From NCBI GenBank assembly GCA_044892525.1, contig CM097888.1, forward strand, positions 51,398,001-51,462,000: 64,000 nucleotides of DNA, given 5' to 3'. The notes beneath the pieces were generated by a model. The model did not search any database and had not been told where the DNA came from. It saw only the letters and a list, made by a program, of their open reading frames with translations. A program made the translations under genes and the position numbers. This stretch comes from Schmidtea polychroa (Eukaryota). Of this stretch, positions 26,591 through 37,305 are shown in pieces; within the stretch, counting starts at the first letter, position 1; each line of letters opens with the position of its first letter.

Positions 26591-27935
26591 AAAATTGAGT
26601 ACCGCTTAATTTTTTGAATTAATTTGTTTTTTCCTATTTCTTTAGGTATTTTCCTTATTTTTCCTATTTTTATTATACCTTTTATTTATTTCTTAAATTC
26701 CTTATTATTTGTTGCATTTTTCGTTATCTTATTCGTCATCTTTTTACCTTATTTTTAATTTTCTCATTTTTATTTTTTGTTTTAATCCTTATATCGTATT
26801 TTATTGTTTCTTTTATGTCTTGACTTATTTATTTTAAAATTTGTTGTCTTATTTTATTTTATTCACATCCTATCTGTCTTAATTTCCGACGATTATATTT
26901 TCGACTTAGCCCAACATCACTCATACATATTTACTTCCTAAACAAATTTTTTGTTCATCAACTAGTATTTTGTTTTTTCATTTAATATGAATTTTCGGCA
27001 AAGACTTGTTTGAAAATTTTATTTGAAAACGGTAATGAAAAAATCCGTATTAACTATGCAACAAAATATTGATCGATAATCTAAAAAAGAAATGAAGATA
27101 AAAGAAAAAAAACATTTCACACCAAATATTTTTGAACAAAAGATTATCAGACTAACTCAAAACGAATTTTTGGAATTTTTAATCAACATCTATCTACCAC
27201 AGGGTGCAAATTTTAGGATTGATACAATATTTTTATTATTCAACTCGTTACACTCAAAGTAATCTCTTTTATTTTTCAGTATTTGCAAATAATCTACTTT
27301 AATTAAGAAAATGAAATAACTTATTTTCATTATTAATATCCTCTTTTTCAATTTTGGTCTGTAATTTATTATATCACTTTAGTAAAAGATCAAATATGAA
27401 TGTTGCTCACAAGTGTTTGTATTGTTCATAACTTAATTATTTTATACTCCTCGACCAGAATGACTAAACATTATTATTATATTGATAAATTTTATAATAC
27501 AAACCCGTTATTATAATCAAGAGTGAAAACAAGTGGTATTTAAAAAAATTACAATAGGCATAGACGAAGTGAATAAATAAATAAATTACTTTGCTCAAAT
27601 AAATCAAGCACAGACTATTTTCAATTTATTTTTCTTGATTTTTCTAAGTTTTTCAGAAATTCTGGTCATTGTCTTGATCAAATGGTCTATTTTGTTGAAC
27701 TATATATTTCAACGGGATAACAAAATTAACGTTTAATTGTTAATTTTCGAGCTATTTTCATTCATAATTTTATTTAGGGTTGCAAGTATTGCTTCGATGT
27801 TGACCCACAGAAAAAGAATTTTGATGTTATATAAAGACGGTGTAATAAAACATCTACTTACATCTACACAATATATTAAATTTATTTTAAGAAAATAAGA
27901 AAAAATAAAAATTCAAAATTCATCATACCATATAT

Positions 27936-29111
27936 AGACTGCCAGTCTCCAGATGATTAAGCTATCAGTGGTATCGACTGTCTCAACTTAGAACCCAGAT
28001 CACTTGGACCTAGATTATTGGTAGTCACTATATAAACCAAATGGTAAATTTGAATTAACCCATTGACACGATTCGAAGAATTATCATAGAAAGCAAAATT
28101 TCTGGGTCAAAATGACGATGTTGATATCCTTAATGTTATTTATCTTCATTCTTTTAGATTATATCAGTTAATGTTTTGCTTTAAAATAAACATTGATTTA
28201 AACTTGATAAAAACTATTGGGAAGATTTTAGTTTTAAATATTTAAATTCAAAATAATTTCTACTTAAAGTTGTAAATAATAAAAATTATTATTTCTGTAA
28301 AATTAATAATTAAAATTCTTAACTCAGCAGAAAATATATATTTGTTTAAATTCTCTGTTATATTCATTTCAAATTGACATTTTTAAATAAGCATTTCGAT
28401 GGTATCAGAAATTGGAATTATTAAATAAATCATTTCGACTTTTTTCTTTGAGTTCTATTGTATTAATAATAAATTTTATAATTTAAATAATTCTGAATTA
28501 TGATTTATTTTTACCCTGAATATTTAATATTTTTAAAAGTATCATTTTATATACAATTTAAGCATTTTAAAGATTAATTACGATGCTACGTTTATTTTAT
28601 ATTAATTATTATTGGCATTAATAAATATATCGATATGAAATTGTAAAAATGGTGGCGATCGTGTTTTATTTTATCTTACATTTAGTTATTAATGAATAAT
28701 ATTTTGTCAATTAAATTTATAAATGGTTACTGTTACATTATGAGTTTTAAATAGCTTTTTAAATTTGAAATATTAATGTTTATATCGATATTAGCATTTA
28801 TTAATCGTTATTTCTTGCCACTTTAATCGTTACTGGAAATACTGCTAAAGTACAGGGCCAAAATGTCAACCGCTAAGTGTATATTTCCCATCGTTTTCTG
28901 TGAAATATAAAATATTGAGAAATCAATATATACAAAAATCTAAAGCCGAGTGGGACAGCTAGGAATTTCAACATCATCTTGTTTACCCGGACACTCCAAA
29001 TCGGGTGAATTGGAAACTTATCATATTATAGATATGACCACATATAATCTTGGTTCTAAGTTGAGGCAGTCGACACCACCGACAATCTAATCAGCTAGAG
29101 ACAGGCAGTCT
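27936..29111. mobile_element. Non-autonomous TIR element (~1.18 kb, ~65-bp diverged TIRs)
   Basis: AGACTGCCAGTCTCC...GTCTCAACTTAGAACCCAGAT at 27936 is the inverted counterpart of ATCTTGGTTCTAAGTTGAGGCAGTCG...ACAGGCAGTCT ending at 29111. No TSD resolved. Confidence 0.65.
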
Positions 29112-30701
29112 GAATAATATATAATGAATTTTTTTATTTAATTTACTTATAATGAATTGAATATATTGCGTAAATATAAATAGATGTTTTCATTAACCTC
29201 TTACTAATCCTCTTTCTACAACAACAAAATTCTTTCTATCGGTCAACAGCGAGGAGTTAATGTGTTACCAAGTAGTCAAGGTCAATTTTAATTGTTTCAA
29301 ACAATGGAATTATTAATGAAAATAATTATTTGTAATATAATGGGAAAATGTTTAGATGGATTCGAGGATTTACGATAACGGCTATATCTCAGTCCGAAAC
29401 TCTTTTTTGAATACATATTTTTAACATATTTATTTTAATCTTAATGATTATATTTCATTTTCAAAACGATTGAGAATAAAACAAATTTCAGTTTCTAAGT
29501 TATAATATTTCTTATTGAAAAATTATTGTAAATATCAAAATGAATATATTTATTAATAATTAAGGTTTCATTCTCTAAAAATTAATTCTAACACCAAAAT
29601 ATCGATGTTATGGAATTAAATCATAAAATGTTGGGACTTATATCAGATGAAATTGTTAATTATATGAATATTGATCCGATGCTGATCCGACACAGAGCAT
29701 AGATGGTATAGACAGCAATCTAGGCCTGATTTATCATTTTATGTAAAACAAACTTTATGCAATTTTTATGTGTAATTAATTCATTGTTTCATTCAATGGC
29801 GTTTATGTAGGTTTATCCGATAAATTTTATTGTACAAAATACGTACTGGTTTTCATCTATTCCTTTATTATTGTATTTAATCGACCACTTTGGCGACCCC
29901 TGGTTTGGGGCATTAAATGAGAGTAACAAAAATACAAATGTTTTTAATGCAATAATCTTATGATAATACAAATGACTATTTTTGAAAAATTTATAGTTAT
30001 CTAATCTAAACTAAGTCTACTATTCTACGCTAATTCAAAATTTCTGAAATAATTATAAATTTTTAACATATCCAAACCAGTTTGAAACCGCAATCATCTG
30101 GTTACCTTTCCTTATTTGTTTGCATTGGAGCTTTCTTATTTTCCTTCCTGAAAATTCAAACTTTTTTGCAAGAAAATTTTGTGATCACGTAATGTATGTT
30201 TAACCATATTTTAAATTTCTGTATAACTTCTCAAAGGCTGGGAAATCTGATTGAATAATAGATCAAAGATCCGTTCTTGTGTCTTCATTATTTATAAGGT
30301 TCTGAAAGGGAGTATATTGGACAATTTAGAACTTTTTATATCTATTGTTCATAATAAACATGAATTTTTAAAATAATAGTTCCATTCCAGTGAAATAGAC
30401 AATTAATTCTGAAAAATTGATGCATTTAAACAATTAATAAATCTTATGAAAATTACACTTTGTGTAGTACATCAGCCCCCCCCCCCCAAAAAAAAATAAT
30501 TGGGGAATTTATGCTCATTCATTAAAGAAATATCAGTTTTTTTATATTTCTTCATATTCTAGCCTATCAAATCATTTCATTAAATAAAAGTATATTTACA
30601 ACTATGTTATTGGTTAAAAATAATGCTTTAAATTGTAGAAATTAAACAAAATGGATAAAAAAAGAATTGTTAATACTAAATTGAATAAAAAGAATTTATG
30701 G

Positions 30702-31844
30702 ATGTCTAATCTGACTTATTCCGATTTAAAGGCCCAATGGAAGTTTATAGACAGCCCCTGGGATTTATTGGTACCCTGTGAGGAAGTCAAATTAAAACAA
30801 ACTAATGAAAATAATAATTTGTTTTGTGTTTTCAGTCAAATAATGGGATTTTGGTCGGCATTCATTTTCCCAGTGATTTCAATTTTTGGTATTTTCCTTA
30901 ATATTTTAATTATTTACATTTTTAACTTTAAATTCCGAGATAAAAGTCGGCAGTATATTTATTTATCGTTTCTAGCAGCCTTTGATTCGTTCAATCTTAT
31001 CTGCTCGGGATGGATGTGGATATTTTTCGCTAAGGGTTTACCATATGCGTCGTCGGGAGTTCTTTATTTTTTCACTTACAATCAAGGAGTGATACCTTGT
31101 AAACTTCACCGCTACTTTACGGCAGCAATTTCTTGTTCAGCGATTTCAATTTTTCTGTTGACCTCGATTGATAGATATTTTGCAATATTTTGGCCGCTAA
31201 AATGTTTGAATATCCCACTGAAAAGATCTTGGCAATATTCATCGATGGTCGTTTTGTTGAGCTTTATAGCGATGAGTCCTTTTATTGTCTACATGGACCA
31301 TAGTCAGACTGGAAACCATAAAACGATTTGTTGGCTAGAAGCATCAAAAGATAAAAAATCTTTAGGAATGTTTTTGCAGATTTATAATATTCTTTTTTCA
31401 TTTTGTGGTTCCTTTCAAACTTTGGCGATTATTTTATTTAATTTAAGTTTATTTTATCAAGTGAGTAAAGGGCAAAGGTTAAGAGAACAAATACAAGCAG
31501 CAAATTGTAAGAATATCAGAAAAGAAATATCTGCTTGTGTGATTCTTTTAGTTTTATCAGTTCTTTTTGCAGTTGGCTCATTACCAACTTCCATATCGTT
31601 CATTTTAGCTTTCCTCATGCAAAATGATACAGGACCAGATGCTGACCAGCGCTTGAGATTCATTTACAATATTGGTGATGTTGGTTGGCATTTATACATG
31701 GTACAACAATGCACAAACGGGTTGATCTATTACTGGAAAATGTCTCATTTCAGAAATATTGTGAAGAAAATATTCAAAATTCCCATTTGGAATAAAATAC
31801 CCAAAAGTCAGAGCACACTGAATGCACATTTATCAGTTCGATGA
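30702..31844 (+). CDS. Intronless orphan 7TM GPCR paralogue (380 aa from the conserved MSNLT start; upstream in-frame ATG at 30651)
   Basis: MSNLTYSDLKAQWKFIDSPWDLL start, canonical DRY, colinear with the other paralogues. Confidence 0.9.
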   Translation: MSNLTYSDLKAQWKFIDSPWDLLVPCEEVKLKQTNENNNLFCVFSQIMGFWSAFIFPVISIFGIFLNILIIYIFNFKFRDKSRQYIYLSFLAAFDSFNLICSGWMWIFFAKGLPYASSGVLYFFTYNQGVIPCKLHRYFTAAISCSAISIFLLTSIDRYFAIFWPLKCLNIPLKRSWQYSSMVVLLSFIAMSPFIVYMDHSQTGNHKTICWLEASKDKKSLGMFLQIYNILFSFCGSFQTLAIILFNLSLFYQVSKGQRLREQIQAANCKNIRKEISACVILLVLSVLFAVGSLPTSISFILAFLMQNDTGPDADQRLRFIYNIGDVGWHLYMVQQCTNGLIYYWKMSHFRNIVKKIFKIPIWNKIPKSQSTLNAHLSVR

Positions 31845-32039
31845 AAAATATGTTTGGTGGACTTTTTATTGCACACATTTATCATTTTTATATTGAATTG
31901 AGATTAGAATAAATATTACCTCTCGTTTTGACATAATACACCTGTTTGCATGGAATAAAAGTATCTATAATATAAAAAAATCAATACTCTTATATTATTA
32001 AAACAAACAAACTTACCTTTGCACAGAATTTTGATGTAG

Positions 32040-32040
<1 letters not shown>

Positions 32041-32124
<84 letters not shown>
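32041..32124 (+). repeat. (ATT)28 microsatellite
   Basis: 84 nt of perfect ATT repeats, adjoining the distal end of the inverted Penelope pLTR fragment. Confidence 0.97.
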
Positions 32125-32277
32125 GAATAAATAGTTAAACATACATGGCAATGATTTAATTATAAGATAACGCCAATCAAACATTTTTTTCACGATTAAT
32201 TTCGACAGTTTTCCTGTCATCATCAGGTGGGATATAATACTCATTAAATAAAGGATTTTAAACAAATTTAATTATAT
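32125..32277 (-). mobile_element. Inverted pseudo-LTR fragment of a Penelope-like element
   Basis: Reverse complement of 32232-32270 matches 37250-37287 (AATTTGTTTAAAATCCTTTATTTAATGAGTATTATAT), the 3' UTR of the GIY-YIG ORF. Contains a hammerhead motif. Confidence 0.75.
32191..32229 (-). ncRNA. Minimal type I hammerhead ribozyme of Penelope pLTR type
   Basis: Minus strand CAC-CUGAUGA-U-GACAG-GAAAA-CUGUC-GAA-AUUAAU-C-GUG: stem I CAC/GUG, stem II 5 bp, palindromic stem III AUUAAU, cleavage triplet AUC. Confidence 0.8.
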
Positions 32278-32776
32278 TGTTGGGCTAAGTTTTGAAGTAG
32301 AGAAAAACTGGGTTAAATCGGGAAACGAGCCGCAAAAAATATAAACGAAATATAATAAAAATAAATCCCCATCAAACCTCAATAATAAATAAGGAAACAA
32401 TAAAATACCCATAAAAAGAAATAAGAATAAATGATAAATAAATAAAGCCCTTAAGAATTAGAAATAGGACATAAGAGAAATGAGTTAAAGCACAATAAAT
32501 AAAGTAAAAATAGAATAAGCAAAAAGGTAAGAGAAAATAAACGAGAAATTAAAGCAATAAATAAAAAATAAAAATATCTTTAAGTTTAATTAAAACAAAA
32601 ATTGCATTATGATAAAGTAGCAGTGAACCCGCAGAAAAAATAGGAGAAAAATAAGAAAAATAGGAAAAATAAATAAAATAATAATAAGAAATAAGTTAAG
32701 TTATTAAAAGCTAATATATTATAATAAAAACATAAAATAATAATAAATAATAAAAATTACAACCTAACTAAGTCCT

Positions 32777-32892
32777 GATTGGACGGAAAATAGTATATAA
32801 GAAACGCTAAAAATCAGTAGAGTACCACTTTAATCAAAAACTCTACAGGTAAAATTTGTTAAGTTTGACCACTTTAATCAAAAACTCTACAG
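32777..32892 (+). promoter_or_regulatory. Element B promoter with duplicated 25-nt first exon and 44-nt mini-intron
   Basis: GATTGG 32777-32782, TATATAAG 32794-32801, ACCACTTTAATCAAAAACTCTACAG at 32824-32848 and 32868-32892, GTAAAA donor at 32849. Confidence 0.65.
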
Positions 32893-35347
32893 ACTCTACA
32901 GGTTTCAAGACTTTATTCACAAACTACTACAGAGGACTAATCCAAAGAAGACTAATTTGAATTGAGGAAGAAACATACAGCGAACTATTAACAGCATTAT
33001 TCCGGAAAACCTTAGCCAATTTAACCCAGTTATTTAATCTCAAGGTATGGTAGGATATTTTTAGGTTTGATTTTATGATAGATATAATGGAATTTAATAA
33101 ATATTTATAATTGATATTAAATTTTGTAAATAACAAGGAAAATTTGTTCAATAAATTTATTTAAAAACAGAACCTGCCTTTCTTCATGGTGCCGACGACT
33201 GTACCTTCTGATGATTTCAAGTATGATGCCAAATGGAGAGAGTAGCCCCGAGGAATATTATGATATGTAGCCAAGAGATGTTGCGAGGATATTGGATCAG
33301 GAGCAAGCGATAATAATGGATACGATGCCAATACTGTAAGGGAATATTGGGTTGGAAAATGAGAAAGCATCATACTTGGAACTCAGACGATATGGTCGTC
33401 GGTAATTTGATTCATTTACTTGATTATTATTTGTTCCATTTTTATTATTTATATCTGAAATTTGTTTTTAAATTGCTGAATGCGAAAGAGTCGACTGGTC
33501 CCTCGTGATCGTCCGAGAATGGCGGCAGAGATGATTGCCTTCTTGGGTGTGTTATGAGGGGTGTAGAGGCTCAGTAGGTTAGGATAACAGGCTGAAGGAT
33601 GGAATTTCTTCACCGAGCTCGCATCGTTCTTAGTAAGTTCCATAGCTTCAATAAGTCACCTCGATACTTCTAATAATAGCGGAGGAGATTTAAGTTGAGA
33701 GCCGAAGACAGTTCGGAGTTGAGATTGACAATTTCATCAACGTATTAAGAATCCACATAGTTCGGCGAAATTTCTTCATAACGGTCAACCCGTCAGTCGG
33801 GATAGTGAACGAGAATGTTGTCAACAAAGCTTGGAGTGTAAATCCAGTAAATCTCGTAGAGTATTGTTTTCCTCGGTATACTAGTAGAATCTGAACCGTC
33901 GATATGTTAGCGATGACACCCGTCGACGAATGTACTTTTAAGTTAAGTGATTAGCTTCGAATCGCTGATAAACATCGTCTTCCCTGAAAAGAATGTAAAT
34001 AAGTAGGAGAGGTTATCAGATTACTCACGGATAAATGACAGAAATCGCTGACAGATTTATCAATTGATCACTGACTGAATCGAGGAACCACGATAGGAGT
34101 TATCAGTGACTTGAGAAATGAAATGCCGGCAGATGATAACTGATCGAATTAAATGACCAACGAAGCCAGATAACACCGATAATAAATTTCCACGAGGGAT
34201 AATCTAATTGACGCGCGGGTAGACATTGTCTTGTACTGGCTGCGTAATGATCAAGGCAGATTAAAAATTCTAGCTTAGTTATTGCTCATCGTTTTACTAC
34301 GTACAATTCCAGGGTGATGCTCGTAGAACACTCAGTGATAATTCCAATATATTATGTAACTGCACACACCTACACACTCCATCGTGAATCGTCTCCCAGG
34401 AGGATAGCAGAGTACTCTTGGCATTGGAATTTGGCCGTGATGTCACGATTACATAGTAACCTACTCGTAATTCCCTGAGTTGGTAGGCTGGTGTGTATGA
34501 ACAACAGAGCAGATCGTCTCCACTGCGATTTAATACGACGTCGAATTTTCTCCACTATCACATAGAAATAGACACACATGAAAGCTCAAGGTGGAGATAC
34601 TCCAACAATGCATACCGACTCAGTTAATAAATATAAGAAAATGCACACATCTACAGGTAGGCGTCACTAGGGCGACAGAAGTAGCGCGATTTTTAAAAGA
34701 ATTTTTGGAATTTAAATTATAATATAATTAGCTAATAGTATATATTTAAAGTCCTTTATGTAAATTCGTAATCACAATGCGTCATAAGGAGAGATAAATT
34801 TTTCCTGCGTTCTAGCAATACGGAGTAGGTACAAATTAATAAACTGAAATCCCCAACAATCGGATGCTATTCTTTTCCATTGATTACGAACGTAAATATG
34901 TTTGACTATAGCAGCCGGCTAAAATGCAACGAGTATGAGTTATCCGACCCGAGGGTAAAGATAGATTTTTCATCGAACCAGTTAAAATCGAGGATTCCCC
35001 GTTTTCTACTCTCCATCCTCTTGAATCAATAAATCGATCGGAATGTTGTTTCCTAAATGAGTGAATGAGGAGTGTTGAATTGTGTGAAAACAAGTTGTTT
35101 TATTGTATGCTGTGGCGTGGTATGATGAGTGAAATCTTTGAGTTTAGTGTCTCGATAGAATTTGGAACTAGATATATTTTAACCGTTAAAACGGATTACT
35201 AGAGAAAACTTAGCTGAGACATTAAAAAACATGAAATTTATGAATTAAGACACTTCGTGAAAATTACAGAATTATAACTAATGAATTCTTGTACTGGATA
35301 CCTTAATAAGTATCGCAATTCGGTTTGAACCATGATTAATTTTCTAG

Positions 35348-36109
35348 ATGACAACACCATCCAATAACGCCCAAGAACTTCGTCCGTGTTTCTCTTGCGC
35401 TGACAAGAACTCGGACATCTCTCAACTTCATTTATATATAGGGGCCCTCAAGAAGAGGATAGATCTTTACGAAGGAACGTGGTTCTCCCCGCCACAGATG
35501 AAGGAGGAAAAGGCTAAGATCCTCAGGTTAGAACATTGTAGGGACAGCCTACTAGAAGAAAGCCGATGCCAAAGGCTCACAATAAAAGCACAATCAGAAG
35601 CCCTCCATAAGGTCTACACGGAGGCAGAAATAGCAAAGCGGGTACGCGAATATCCCGTATTGGATGGATCGAATGTCTTTCCTCTCCATCACCAGTCATC
35701 TACCACTCCCACCTCAGCTTGTCGAGGGCACGGTTCCCATCTACCGCCCATCCCAGCCCCAGTGCTGTCAGGATACTTACCTATGAAAGGCGGTCCATCT
35801 GACCCAATTCTGGTCCCGATCCTAGTGGCACCCACAGTATCTACTGCTGTTGGAGGAAATCCGCCATCACGCAAACGCAAACACCCAACTAGGGCCGAGA
35901 AGACTAAGAAACGAAGAAATGCAATGAAGGCGCTCGAGGCTTCTTTGTTCGCAGCGCAGACGACAATAGCAGAGATATCCACCACTCATACGATTCCCTC
36001 GAAAGAAGTTTTCCGTATCATTCCAGCTAACGGCATCAAGTTTATCTCGGATTGTAGATTGCCGGTAGACATCGACGAGTTAATTGCCGACGGAGAAAAC
36101 TTCAACTAA
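35348..36109 (+). CDS. Uncharacterised 253-aa CxxC/coiled-coil protein of element B
   Basis: Intact ORF homologous to 23847-24596. TTTCTAG|ATG acceptor context; AATAAA at 36308-36313. Confidence 0.8.
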   Translation: MTTPSNNAQELRPCFSCADKNSDISQLHLYIGALKKRIDLYEGTWFSPPQMKEEKAKILRLEHCRDSLLEESRCQRLTIKAQSEALHKVYTEAEIAKRVREYPVLDGSNVFPLHHQSSTTPTSACRGHGSHLPPIPAPVLSGYLPMKGGPSDPILVPILVAPTVSTAVGGNPPSRKRKHPTRAEKTKKRRNAMKALEASLFAAQTTIAEISTTHTIPSKEVFRIIPANGIKFISDCRLPVDIDELIADGENFN

Positions 36110-36400
36110 AACGGTTCGCGAGTGATCCTGAATGTATTTCGAGTCGTGAATTGACTGATAAACTTCGTTAATATTGTGCATCCTAACCGTCCATATGATA
36201 TTGTATTAATAAGTGTGATGATGTTTGTTTATTTTCATTTCGGTATTAATATATTTTGTCTATTTGGTTCTGTTTTATAAAGATTTTCATATGTTTGGTT
36301 TTTTGAGAATAAAATGGTTCAGTATTACGGAAGGAAAGCTAGTAGGCTAACGGTCGTTCCCTTGGACCAGGATCGAACCAAGACTGAAACATGAATAAGG

Positions 36401-36645
36401 GTAAGTCCTTCTAAGGCACCAGTGAACCTGAACCGCGAGCGGGCTATCAGTAGTCCTAAAATAGGGGCTCACCTGTTAGTCAGCTCCGACCCGTATGGGC
36501 ACTACCAACGTGGAACATCATCACGGGCTCATGCGTGGGAATATGTAAATGATCATTTGGCGTATGCATGGGAGGTGTCTGAGCTAACCAATGCGGTCGG
36601 TATGATAATGGTTGTGTAAGTTTTCTTCTCCCTCATATGCCAACA
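36401..36645 (+). ncRNA. Putative structured cis-RNA module at the 3' end of element B (homologue at 23291-23556, minus strand)
   Basis: Blocks GTAAGTCCTTCTA, AGTAGTCCTAAnnTAGGGGCTCACCTG and CCAACGTG are shared with element A. The flanking helices differ in sequence but keep their pairing. Confidence 0.55.
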
Positions 36646-37287
36646 ATATATAAAAAAAATTTGCCGTACTCAGAAGGCTTTAAGGATTATAAAGTGAAGA
36701 TAAGAAAGCAGTTAGGGAATTTAAACTATAGGATAGTGTCAACTTCATGGAAAGTACGCAATATGTTTATTAATAAGTCAAAAACTCCGGTTGAATTGTG
36801 TTCCGATCTCGTTTATCAGTTTACATGTAATGGATGTAATGCTACATACATTGGAGAGACTTCCCGTCATCTCTGTATTCGAGCTCGAGAACATTGTAGA
36901 CCGAAGTCTTTGACCCATATTGGTGAGCACAATAAGGGCTGTAAAATTAAAATAGGTATGTCTGATTTTAAAATTTTATTAAAAAACTTCGATAATTATT
37001 TGGAACGTGTGATTTGTGAGGCGTTGTTGATAAAATCATTAAATTCGAAAATTAATGTGCAGAATGCAGTAAATACTTGTGTGTTGAGTGTTTTTAAATA
37101 AGCTTTTGTGTATTGTATGTATTGATTGTTGTGTTAAATTAAATAATGAATAAAAATTTTTTAAATTGTTAAACTAAAATTTTAAATGTTAAAGTTTTAA
37201 AAATAATATTTTTTAAAAAATGAAAAAAATTTTTTTTTATATATAATAAAATTTGTTTAAAATCCTTTATTTAATGAGTATTATATT
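36646..37287 (+). mobile_element. 5'-truncated Penelope-like element: GIY-YIG endonuclease ORF (to 37101) plus 3' UTR/pLTR
   Basis: LVYQFTCNGCNATYIGETSRHLCIRAREH...EALLIKSLNSKIN. The listed ATG at 36637 comes from the end of element B, so the ORF start is chimeric. Confidence 0.88.
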
Positions 37288-37305
37288 GAGTATTATATTA
37301 TAGAA

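Larger units (their letters stand above)
23291..26916 (-). mobile_element. Element A: 3626-bp TG..CA element, probable giant gene-carrying solo LTR
   Basis: 5' TGTTGGGCTAAG at 26916 and 3' GCCCCAGCA at 23291. 4-bp TSD TCAC (23287-23290, 26917-26920). CCAAT box 26585-26590 and TATATAAG 26556-26563. Same architecture as element B. Confidence 0.75.
32278..36645 (+). mobile_element. Element B: 4368-bp TG..CA element, probable giant gene-carrying solo LTR, inserted into a Penelope element
   Basis: Starts TGTTGGGCTAAGT (13 nt identical to the element A start) and ends GCCAACA. TSD ATAT (32274-32277, 36646-36649). Removing it restores a continuous inverted pLTR matching 37228-37266. Confidence 0.78.

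Noticed and set aside
31990-32265. Poly-Asn ORF
   Set aside because: Translation of the (ATT)n microsatellite.
33449-33643. YTPHNT..AIISAA resembling a tyrosine-recombinase HxxR box
   Set aside because: The catalytic Arg and downstream Tyr are missing, and the 4-bp TSDs argue against YR-mediated integration.
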